Origin: Candidatus Marsarchaeota archaeon
GTDB taxonomy: Archaea > Micrarchaeota > Micrarchaeia > Micrarchaeales > Micrarchaeaceae
Direction: 5' to 3'
Length of the DNA stretch: 64,000 bases
Assembly (NCBI GenBank): GCA_023473425.1
Contig: JAMCYG010000018.1
Location: 2,046-66,045 of the forward strand
Notes under the pieces: generated by a model
What the model saw: only the letters and a program-made list of their open reading frames with translations
What the model was told of the DNA's origin: nothing
Databases searched by the model: none
Shown here: in pieces, positions 56,660-64,000 of the stretch
Layout of the letters: each line of letters starts with the position of its first letter
Position numbering within the stretch: the first letter of the stretch is position 1
Position numbers and translations under genes: made by a program

Positions 56660-56872
56660 ATGATGGCGTTTGACGCAAAGGATTACGAGTTCATAAAGAA
56701 CGAAAAGGACTGGGAAAACTTCCTGAAGCGGGAGAAGATAGCGGACTATTCGAAAATCCCAGTGCCTCGGGCGCACATAAAAGGCATTGTTAGAGTCGCA
56801 TTCATCCTGCTACGAGTATATATAATTGTAATGGTAGTGCTCGTAATACTTGGATTTCTGCACATAATCTGA
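56660..56872 (+). CDS. hypothetical small tail-anchored membrane protein
   Basis: The 70-aa ORF from ATG 56660 (MMAFDAKDYEFIKNEKDWENFLKREK...) ends in one strongly hydrophobic helix. It starts 6 nt after the mntH stop. Confidence 0.35.
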   Translation: MMAFDAKDYEFIKNEKDWENFLKREKIADYSKIPVPRAHIKGIVRVAFILLRVYIIVMVVLVILGFLHII

Positions 56873-56881
56873 GCGCTTTAT

Positions 56882-57412
56882 TTAGCCCCTGCCGATTATC
56901 TGCCTGCACGTGACGGCAAGCTGTGAGGGACTGGTGCCTGCCATATGCACCCTAGTACCCACCCCATCAAAGTGTTCCTCGGCAAGACGCTTCTCCTCAG
57001 GCGAGGTAGCTATGTAATGGTCGAGCCATGCAGATAGATTGAGGAATAAGTTCCATCTTACAAGACTAAGAGGCAGCAGCTTTCTCGCCTTCTCTGCAAG
57101 GAGGGAGAACACCGCTCCGCTATTATCGACATATATGTACCTTGTGCTGTCTTTCCTATTGAAGAGCCTGTATGTCTTGACGTACAGAACGTCCTTGAGA
57201 GAACTTAGTATTATGGCATCGAACTTGCCGCGATATAGGCCGCTCCGGTCTATGCAGTCCTTTTTAGGTATATCCCTCGGCGCCTTTCCGAATATGCAGA
57301 CCTTGTACCCCCTTTCCCTCTTAAGTTGTCGGTATATTTCAGAAACCTCGTTCGCATGGCTGCCGCGTCGTGCAGGTGAATCCGATTCCATTATCAGTAT
57401 GTGCTTCGCCAT
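56882..57412 (-). CDS. GT4 glycosyltransferase N-terminal-domain-like protein (lacks catalytic C-terminal domain; possible gene remnant)
   Basis: From ATG 57412 it reads MAKHILIMESD...GYKVCIFG...DAIILSS...HYIATSPEEKRLAEEHFDGVGTRVHMAG, paralleling the first Rossmann half of GT-B enzymes. The ORF stops where the second domain should begin. Confidence 0.35.
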   Translation of the reverse strand: MAKHILIMESDSPARRGSHANEVSEIYRQLKRERGYKVCIFGKAPRDIPKKDCIDRSGLYRGKFDAIILSSLKDVLYVKTYRLFNRKDSTRYIYVDNSGAVFSLLAEKARKLLPLSLVRWNLFLNLSAWLDHYIATSPEEKRLAEEHFDGVGTRVHMAGTSPSQLAVTCRQIIGRG

Positions 57413-57532
57413 TCCACCACACAGTATTCTATTACATTCCAGATATTTAAGCATCTCACATAATGCTTTTAAGCCTTTATTTCTGAGTGGCAATGCTCGG
57501 AATGCGGAAATTGCACCCAAAAAAGGGTAAAA

Positions 57533-57931
57533 TCAGCAGTTGCTCCTTGAAGCCCGCGATATCTTTACTGAAGTCGGCTTCAGTGCGGCGACTATGTATT
57601 TGAAAGCCGCATCAGGATTGCTAGCTGCGCCACATGAGTAGACATCGAGTGTGGCATAGTTGCCTTCAGGCCAGGTATGCAGCGAGATGTGGCTTTCTTC
57701 CAGCAGAGCAATTATAGACACACCGGCTTCGGCGCCGTGGAGCTTGAATTTTTTGGTGAGGATTTCTATTATATGAAGGTTGCCTGCCTTCGCAGACTCT
57801 TTCACTTTAAGCAGGAGGAAGTCCATGTCGGTGAGCAGCTTCTCATCGATTCCTGACATGTTTCCGTAAACGTGCATCCCTATAATTTTAGGGACCTGCC
57901 TCTCAAGCGTTATTTTTCGAATGCTAGCCAT
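57533..57931 (-). CDS. speH: S-adenosylmethionine decarboxylase proenzyme (pyruvoyl, class 1b)
   Basis: LLEESHISLHTWPE contains the Glu-Ser self-cleavage site. 132 aa. Confidence 0.85.
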   Translation of the reverse strand: MASIRKITLERQVPKIIGMHVYGNMSGIDEKLLTDMDFLLLKVKESAKAGNLHIIEILTKKFKLHGAEAGVSIIALLEESHISLHTWPEGNYATLDVYSCGAASNPDAAFKYIVAALKPTSVKISRASRSNC

Positions 57932-58179
57932 TTCTCCTCCTCACTTTGCACTAGGAGACGGTTCAGTGTGCGAACTTCTTCCCGTGCAATTAACAGAATA
58001 CCTTTAAACGAAAAAGCTTAAATGGGTTTTCCCATTTAGTTGCACTAAAAATGTTTTATTACCGTCGGAAAATTACTTCCGTGGAGCGTAGGGCTGTTAC
58101 GTGCATTATTTGGCTTCGAATAAACAGCCAGGCAGTTCACATTAAAATATTTCGCAGTACATTCACATGTGTGTTTGAA

Positions 58180-58431
58180 ATGACAAGAGTAGTACTGCAT
58201 GATAGGGATCATCCATATGTGGTGAAGTTGGAGGAGCGCCCGGGTTTTAAGAACCTGACAAGCGATGAAAAACTGTTGAAATTTGAGATTCATCTCTGCG
58301 CATGCGGGCTCTCAAAGGATAAACCTTTCTGCGATGGCAGCCACGCCAGGGTAAAGAATGAAGAGAAGGGGAAGGTCTACACTTACGACGAGCAGAACCA
58401 GCAGCACGTGATGGACCCGAAGTATGTATAA
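58180..58431 (+). CDS. CDGSH iron-sulfur domain protein
   Basis: CACGLSKDKPFCDGSH signature. The start is taken at ATG 58180. Confidence 0.75.
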   Translation: MTRVVLHDRDHPYVVKLEERPGFKNLTSDEKLLKFEIHLCACGLSKDKPFCDGSHARVKNEEKGKVYTYDEQNQQHVMDPKYV

Positions 58432-58434
58432 TTT

Positions 58435-60366
58435 TTACAGCTTAAACTTTGGTTCGGTCCTCTGCCTCTTGTAGACGAAAGGCCTGAATTCCTTTCCATT
58501 GCCGCTGTAGAACTTGGAGAAGAACTCCACATATATCAGCCTGGCGCCTTGTATGCCAGGCTCGAAAAGGGCGATCACGATGTTGAACATCTGGCCCAAG
58601 ACGAGTATCAGGACGCCCACGATGCCAAGAAGGATAGAATGATGAATCCCCGCCAGGAATATCAGGTCTATGACCTCCGCGAGTATTACCGATGCCAGCA
58701 GTATGCCGACAAGCCTGGTGTAGGAGAGTATGTGGCTTATCAGCGAAGGCAACTCCATCAGGCTCTGCGCGCCCTCTTCAATCAGCACAAGCACTATCCC
58801 GGCGCCGAGAAGCACGTATGATGCCAGCGCCATGATGTTTGCAGGGCCGAGATCTGCTTTGTGGAGGACATTGAGCCCGAATATCACAAACCCTATGGCT
58901 GCGAACAGCCAGCCGGCCTTGGCTATAGCGTGCTTTTTGTTGCCTATTGCGGCGTTGTTAAGTATGCCGAGCACAAACCCGAAGCACACCATGAATACGC
59001 CTATCCAACCGGATATGACCAAGAGCGTGCCGACGTTCTTCACTACGTCGAATGGCGCCGTATAAGGTAACTGGAACCCGAAAAATTCGTTGAAAAGCAG
59101 GCCGAGAGCTATAGCTATAATTGACCCGGGTATGATTGACTTCGCGACCACCCTCATGCCATTCGGACTTATTATCGTCTTCACAAATGAGGTAAGCTTG
59201 CGTGGCAAGTGGCTCTTCCTCGGAGGATTCTCTATCCTGCGTATGAGCCATAGCGCGCCGAGAAGCATCACCAGGCCATAGCCTGCATCCCCTATCATAA
59301 AACCGAAGAATATTGGGAATATTAAGGCGAACATGATAGTTGGATCTATCTCATTGCTCTTCGGCACGGAGTAGAATCTTATGAAGAATTCATAGAGGCG
59401 CGTTGTGACCGGATTCTCCATCTTCGTAGGAGGCACCTCTTTAGTCGGAACCCCCCTTTCCATCACATACACCTTGCCTGTTATCTTGGATATCAGCGAC
59501 TCCAGAGCAGGGAGGTTTTCTTCTGGTATCCAGCCCTCCATCGCGACTGTCGAGTCGGTCGCGCCGAGCTTGGAAAGGGTCTCTACTCTTTCCAGCTCCC
59601 TGTCGAGCTGCTCTCTTATCGCGCTCACCCTATGGAAGTACTTTCTCGACAGTTCCTTCTTCTTTGCTCCAAGCTCGAGCAGCTCCTTTTGGTCGCGCTC
59701 TATGCTTGCCTTGATGGATCGGATGTTCTCTCCCGCCGAGCCTTCCATTTCAGGTATTGCTTCCATGTACACCTTGAAAGGAGCAGCCATGATGCTGAAC
59801 GCCTTGTAGTCAGTCCTCCTTATGCTCACTATGATAGAATCCTGTATGCTTATTACGCTGAACGCGCTGCCCCTCTCCGCAAGTTCTCTCTTGAACTGCC
59901 TGAGCTGCGGCCCATATATTACATAAGAGGCTACAGTTTTCGTAGACAGTATATTTAGGTCTCTTTCAAAAGTGGAAAGCTTCGACAAAACCTTTAGTAG
60001 GACCTCGTTGTAAGATATATTTGCCCTGAGCGCCTCTCCCTTTTTGAATATTTCTGCGGCTCTGTCATCTATGTCTATTTCGCGTGCCCTCCTCTCAAGT
60101 TCTTCAAGATTGTTGAACGACATGCGCTGACCGTGGCCCTGCGGCTCTAGGAGGCCCTCAAGCGACCTGAACCTCTGCGCAAGGTCTGATATTTCAGTCT
60201 TGTCCTTGGCGATGTTGCTGCTGAGTATGGCAGCGAACTCCTGCGGAAGCTGCTCGACCTGCATGACTCCAACATCCTGCAGTGCAGATAGCACCTCATC
60301 GGCGTGGCCCTGCCCGACAACGAGCCTTACTCTAGACATGCGAGCTGGCTTAAACATTCTTTGCAC
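58435..60366 (-). CDS. atpI: A/V-type ATP synthase subunit I (a-subunit)
   Basis: 643 aa. An N-terminal cytoplasmic coiled-coil half (KPARMSRVRLVV...) is followed by a C-terminal membrane half with conserved Arg region LSYTRLVGILLASV. Confidence 0.85.
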   Translation of the reverse strand: MQRMFKPARMSRVRLVVGQGHADEVLSALQDVGVMQVEQLPQEFAAILSSNIAKDKTEISDLAQRFRSLEGLLEPQGHGQRMSFNNLEELERRAREIDIDDRAAEIFKKGEALRANISYNEVLLKVLSKLSTFERDLNILSTKTVASYVIYGPQLRQFKRELAERGSAFSVISIQDSIIVSIRRTDYKAFSIMAAPFKVYMEAIPEMEGSAGENIRSIKASIERDQKELLELGAKKKELSRKYFHRVSAIREQLDRELERVETLSKLGATDSTVAMEGWIPEENLPALESLISKITGKVYVMERGVPTKEVPPTKMENPVTTRLYEFFIRFYSVPKSNEIDPTIMFALIFPIFFGFMIGDAGYGLVMLLGALWLIRRIENPPRKSHLPRKLTSFVKTIISPNGMRVVAKSIIPGSIIAIALGLLFNEFFGFQLPYTAPFDVVKNVGTLLVISGWIGVFMVCFGFVLGILNNAAIGNKKHAIAKAGWLFAAIGFVIFGLNVLHKADLGPANIMALASYVLLGAGIVLVLIEEGAQSLMELPSLISHILSYTRLVGILLASVILAEVIDLIFLAGIHHSILLGIVGVLILVLGQMFNIVIALFEPGIQGARLIYVEFFSKFYSGNGKEFRPFVYKRQRTEPKFKL

Positions 60367-60757
60367 CTATATCGAACTTTTTCCTGATGACCTCTGCGAA
60401 AACAGATAGGGCCTTATCCTTGCTTACCTTCTTGACATCAGCAGCATTGCGTTTTGCTTCACTCAGCACTGCCTTGCTCTTTGCTGCGGCTTCAGCGTTT
60501 GCCCTTTTTGCGGATTTATCGAGCAGGGATTCTGCAGCCTTCTTCGCCTCATCAACAATCTCTTCGGCTCTCTTTTTCGCATCTTCTATGCTCTTCTCCA
60601 TGACTGCCTGTTCCTCCTCGAGCCTCCTTGAAGTTTCTACTTCTTTGTCTTTTATGGAAAACAGCACATCACTCCTGCCGGCACCTGCGGCTGCATTCGC
60701 CGCTAATCCAGCACCGTCCTCAGCCCCTTTGCCTCCAGATTTCTTCTTGCTGCTCAT
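60350..60757 (-). CDS. atpH: A/V-type ATP synthase peripheral-stalk subunit H (G-like)
   Basis: 135 aa. After a Gly/Ala-rich N-terminus comes a single long charged helix (IEDAKKRAEEIVDEAKKAAESLLDKSAKRANAEAAAKSK...). It lies directly upstream of and overlaps atpI. Confidence 0.55.
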   Translation of the reverse strand: MSSKKKSGGKGAEDGAGLAANAAAGAGRSDVLFSIKDKEVETSRRLEEEQAVMEKSIEDAKKRAEEIVDEAKKAAESLLDKSAKRANAEAAAKSKAVLSEAKRNAADVKKVSKDKALSVFAEVIRKKFDIGAKNV

Positions 60758-60874
60758 GAGTACAACCCGTATACAATAATGAATATGACAACTGCTGCGG
60801 CGGCTGCGGCTATCTTGACTGCTATTGACAGCATAGTGATGCGCCTGAACGCGCTCAGCCTAGCCTCCGCGTTA

Positions 60875-61513
60875 TTATTCTGCATTCAGCATCTTCCTTT
60901 TCATGAACTTTATAGAGACTATCTGGTCTCTCTCTAAGTCCTCCAACCTCTGCCTTATGTACCCGACCTTGTATGCCAGTGAAGGCACAACAACATTCTC
61001 TATTGCGTTCGCCCTCCTGTTAAGTTTTTCTATCTCGTATAGCAGCATGCGCAGCGAGTTCTCCCTCTCGGCTACATCTATCATCAGCTTGAACAGAGTG
61101 GCATAGCTGTGCTTTGCGTCATCTATCGAAGTTGGCAGAGATATTATGTCATATATGCGCCCACCAGAGTTTTTCGAAGAGTTAGTCTGCACCTCAAGCC
61201 TGGGCATCTTCACGCCCATCACGTTCTTTGCATCGACTCCCATTATTATTTCAGCCTGCTCGGCCGCTATCCTCTCAAGATTTATCCTGCCGACGCTGAA
61301 CTCTGCCATTACCGTGCTGTCCATTGCCCTTTTGACCGAATCCTTCATGCCGGTCATAAGCGATTCTATTTGTTCTGCCAAGCTGAAGAACTCAAGTACT
61401 AGGCTAGCCCTCTTCATCTTAAGCAGCTCAAGACCCTTCGAGGCAGTTTTTATCCTCGCCTTTGTGCGTATCATCTCAAGCCTTGTTGTCCTTATGTTTG
61501 TCTGTGCTGGCAT
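60875..61513 (-). CDS. atpD: A/V-type ATP synthase subunit D
   Basis: 212 aa reading ...PTRLEMIRTKARIKTASKGLELLKMKRASLV... and ...EKLNRRANAIENVVVPSL. Confidence 0.85.
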   Translation of the reverse strand: MPAQTNIRTTRLEMIRTKARIKTASKGLELLKMKRASLVLEFFSLAEQIESLMTGMKDSVKRAMDSTVMAEFSVGRINLERIAAEQAEIIMGVDAKNVMGVKMPRLEVQTNSSKNSGGRIYDIISLPTSIDDAKHSYATLFKLMIDVAERENSLRMLLYEIEKLNRRANAIENVVVPSLAYKVGYIRQRLEDLERDQIVSIKFMKRKMLNAE

Positions 61514-61524
61514 CTTTCAGCGCC

Positions 61525-62985
61525 TCACTTCTTCTCAGTATTGCCCTGCTTTTCCTTCTTCTCCGCTTTCCCTGACTTCGCATCTTTCGGCTCGATAGCA
61601 GAAGAACCGGAGCCCCACTTTCCGTATTTTTGTATGTACTCGTCCTTGAGCCTCTTCATCTCCACCTTCGGCAGATCTGAAAGCAGCTCCCATCCAAGGG
61701 CAAGCGTTGTCTCTATGCTCCTGTCTTCATAGTAGTCCTGATTGAGGAACTTGGATTCGTAGGTATCTGCAAAGTGCAGGTATTTCCTATCGTTGTCACT
61801 CAGCGCCTCCTCGCCGACGATCTCTATAAGGTTCCTGAGTTCCTTGCCCCTAGCGTATGAAGCGAAAAGCTGATCTGCTACGCCGCGATGATCCTCTCTT
61901 GTCCTTCCTTTCCCTATCCCTTGGTTCATAAGTCTCGAGAGAGATAGCAGTACATCTATGTTCGGATAGACTCCGCGCCTATACAGTTCGCGGCTTACCA
62001 CCATTTGTCCCTCGGTTATGTAACCAGTGAGGTCAGGTATAGGATGTGTTATGTCATCCCCGGGCATTGTTAGTATAGGTATCTGCGTTATTGAACCCTT
62101 CCTGCCCTTTATCTTGCCTGCGCGCTCGTATATCGAGGATAAGTCAGTGTACATATATCCAGGATACCCTCTTCTCCCAGGCACTTCCTCCCTTGCAGCT
62201 GATATTTCCCTAAGAGCTTCGCAGTAGTTGGTCATGTCTGTAAGAATTACGAGGACATGCATATCTTCCTCATATGCAAGATATTCCGCAGTGGTAAGCG
62301 CAAGCCTCGGCAGTATTATTCTCTCCATGGATGGTTCTGAAGAGAGGTTTAGGAACATGACAGCCCTAGAAAGCGCGCCTGTACTTTCGAACTCCCTCCT
62401 GAAGAAGTTCGCTTCTTCACTATTTATTCCTATTCCGCCGAAGACGACCGCAAACTCCTCCGATTCCCCGAGTATCTTAGCCTGCCTGGCTATCTGGGCT
62501 GCAATCTTGTTGTGCGGCATGCCTGATGCAGAGAATATGGGCAGCTTCTGGCCGCGCACTAGTGTGTTCATTGCGTCTATGCTTGATATCCCCGTCTGTA
62601 TGAACTCTGATGGCTCTTCCCTTGAATAAGGATTTATGGCCGAACCCGTTATGTCCAGCATCTTGTCGCTGTATATTGGATTGCCACCATCCCTGGGCTT
62701 ACCTATACCGTTGAATATCCTTCCGAGCATCTCTCTGCTGACGGCTATCTTAGCAGTCTCGCCTCTCAGCTTAACGCTGGTGGTGCTGGTGTTTGTGCCT
62801 GTGGTCTCGCCGAAAGACTGAATTATTGCAAGACCATCCCTTGTATCAAGCACCTGGCCGGTTATCGTACGACCATCATCCAAAACTATGTCGACCATCT
62901 CGTTATATGCTGCATCCTTTACACCGTCTACGAACAGCAGCACATTCGTTATCTGCTTTACTGATTTGTAATATATGTCGCTCAT
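61525..62985 (-). CDS. atpB: A/V-type ATP synthase subunit B
   Basis: [16 protein letters not shown] and [22 protein letters not shown], with an extra Lys/Glu-rich C-terminal tail. Confidence 0.9.
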   Translation of the reverse strand: MSDIYYKSVKQITNVLLFVDGVKDAAYNEMVDIVLDDGRTITGQVLDTRDGLAIIQSFGETTGTNTSTTSVKLRGETAKIAVSREMLGRIFNGIGKPRDGGNPIYSDKMLDITGSAINPYSREEPSEFIQTGISSIDAMNTLVRGQKLPIFSASGMPHNKIAAQIARQAKILGESEEFAVVFGGIGINSEEANFFRREFESTGALSRAVMFLNLSSEPSMERIILPRLALTTAEYLAYEEDMHVLVILTDMTNYCEALREISAAREEVPGRRGYPGYMYTDLSSIYERAGKIKGRKGSITQIPILTMPGDDITHPIPDLTGYITEGQMVVSRELYRRGVYPNIDVLLSLSRLMNQGIGKGRTREDHRGVADQLFASYARGKELRNLIEIVGEEALSDNDRKYLHFADTYESKFLNQDYYEDRSIETTLALGWELLSDLPKVEMKRLKDEYIQKYGKWGSGSSAIEPKDAKSGKAEKKEKQGNTEKK

Positions 62986-62994
62986 GGGCTCACC

Positions 62995-64000
62995 TCATTC
63001 ACTGCGCACCTTCATCGAACCTATCTTCGATATAGCGCCCTCGATATCTTTGTAGTATTTCTCAATGTCGGCCTCCTTCACATACTTCATCCTGGCAATC
63101 TTCTGCTTCGCCTCTATCTCCTGCATATCGCTGACCAATACCCCGCGCTGCACTGCAGAAGCTTCGGCTTCGCTCAGCTGCATCACCGCCTTGAGCATCA
63201 TATACTGCTTCTTCATCGAGGTGTAGGTGTCTACATCATCGAATGCGCTCTGCTGCAGATAGTCTTCCCTTATTACCTTAGCTATGTCCAGGGTCATCTT
63301 TTCATTCTCTGGTAGCGCGTCGTATCCGACCAGCTGCACTACGTCGTTTATCTCAGCTTCCTTCTGCAGTATGGCCATAACTGCCTTTTGTATTGACGGC
63401 CAATCTTTGCCTACGTTTTCCTGATACCACTTGCTCAGCTCGTCGCCATACAACGAGTAACTGTTAAGCCAATTTATCGAAGGGAAATGCCTTGCATTTG
63501 CAAGCGAGGCATCTAGCGCCCAGAATACTCTTGTGACCCTCAGCGTGTTCTGCGACACAGGCTCTGACGTGTCCCCCCCAGGAGGCGAGACAGCGCCTAT
63601 GGCAGTGACCGATCCTATCTTACCGCTTAGGACTTCAACCCTGCCTGCGCGCTCGTAGAACTCCGCAACCCTCCTTCCAAGATAAGCAGGATATCCTTCC
63701 TCGCCAGGCATCTCCTCCAATCTTCCGGATATCTCCCTAAGGGCCTCGGCCCATCTTGAAGTGCTGTCAGCCATGAGCGCCACGCTATAGCCCATGTCTC
63801 TGTAGAACTCTGCAATTGTTATTCCAGTGTATATGCTTGCTTCCCTCGCGGCTACCGGCATGTTGGATGTGTTGGCTATCAGCACTGTTCGATCCATGAG
63901 AGGCTTGCCGCTCTTCGGGTCCTGCAGCTCTGGGAAGGTCGAGAGTATCTCAGTCATCTCGTTGCCGCGCTCTCCGCAACCGACATATACTACTATCTCG
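62995..64000 (-). CDS. atpA: A/V-type ATP synthase catalytic subunit A (5' end outside window)
   Basis: The frame stays open upstream of the listed Met to the window edge (..[16 protein letters not shown]..). It contains [27 protein letters not shown]. Confidence 0.9.
   Translation of the reverse strand, partial: EIVVYVGCGERGNEMTEILSTFPELQDPKSGKPLMDRTVLIANTSNMPVAAREASIYTGITIAEFYRDMGYSVALMADSTSRWAEALREISGRLEEMPGEEGYPAYLGRRVAEFYERAGRVEVLSGKIGSVTAIGAVSPPGGDTSEPVSQNTLRVTRVFWALDASLANARHFPSINWLNSYSLYGDELSKWYQENVGKDWPSIQKAVMAILQKEAEINDVVQLVGYDALPENEKMTLDIAKVIREDYLQQSAFDDVDTYTSMKKQYMMLKAVMQLSEAEASAVQRGVLVSDMQEIEAKQKIARMKYVKEADIEKYYKDIEGAISKIGSMKVRSE

Noticed and set aside
60387-60779. 130-aa plus-strand ORF opposite atpH
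   Set aside because: It is an Ala/Ser/Leu-rich mirror of the charged helical atpH coding sequence, so it is a shadow ORF.
1-64000. Search for CRISPR arrays, IS elements, integrases, prophage or defence-island signatures, and rRNA genes
   Set aside because: No regularly spaced direct repeats were seen, and none of the listed ORFs has transposase, integrase or Cas-like motifs. tRNA genes are not flanked by detectable att-like duplications. The only tandem repeats found are the 27-bp (acnA) and 10-nt (53661) duplications.

Overview
The window is an archaeal chromosomal segment, densely coding on both strands, with no rRNA genes, CRISPR arrays, transposases or integrases seen. Recognisable housekeeping genes include the PolD small and large subunits, an A/V-type ATPase block (A, B, D, H, I), uL30 and uL15, NAC, ThrRS, the CCA-adding enzyme, Trm1, TruD, deoxyhypusine synthase, AdoMet decarboxylase and a Dph6-like protein. 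There is an oxidative TCA cluster (aconitase, an Mqo-like flavoprotein, citrate synthase, isocitrate dehydrogenase) and a base-excision repair cluster (EndoQ-like protein plus two endonuclease III paralogs, with Tag further on). Cell-envelope genes are also present: GT2, GT4, a sulfatase-family protein and a pilin-like protein. I found seven tRNA genes by hand-folding. None encodes CCA, and four are interrupted: Ser and Tyr at the canonical 37/38 site, Val inside the anticodon stem, and Leu inside the T-loop. PolD, the A-type ATPase, scattered ribosomal genes and non-canonical tRNA introns together suggest a small-genome euryarchaeal or DPANN (Micrarchaeota-like) lineage, but this needs a database search. 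The items most worth follow-up are a tandem-AAA (Cdc48-like) ATPase fused to a roughly 350-aa polytopic membrane domain, the non-canonical tRNA introns and atypical tRNA elbows, and a rearranged ATPase operon carrying a 26-codon TM micro-ORF. Also notable are a perfect 27-bp in-frame tandem duplication in aconitase, a thrC-like gene whose Zn-ribbon has no canonical start codon, and small coupled ORFs upstream of thrS. All product calls rest on remembered family motifs read from the supplied translations; no searches were run.
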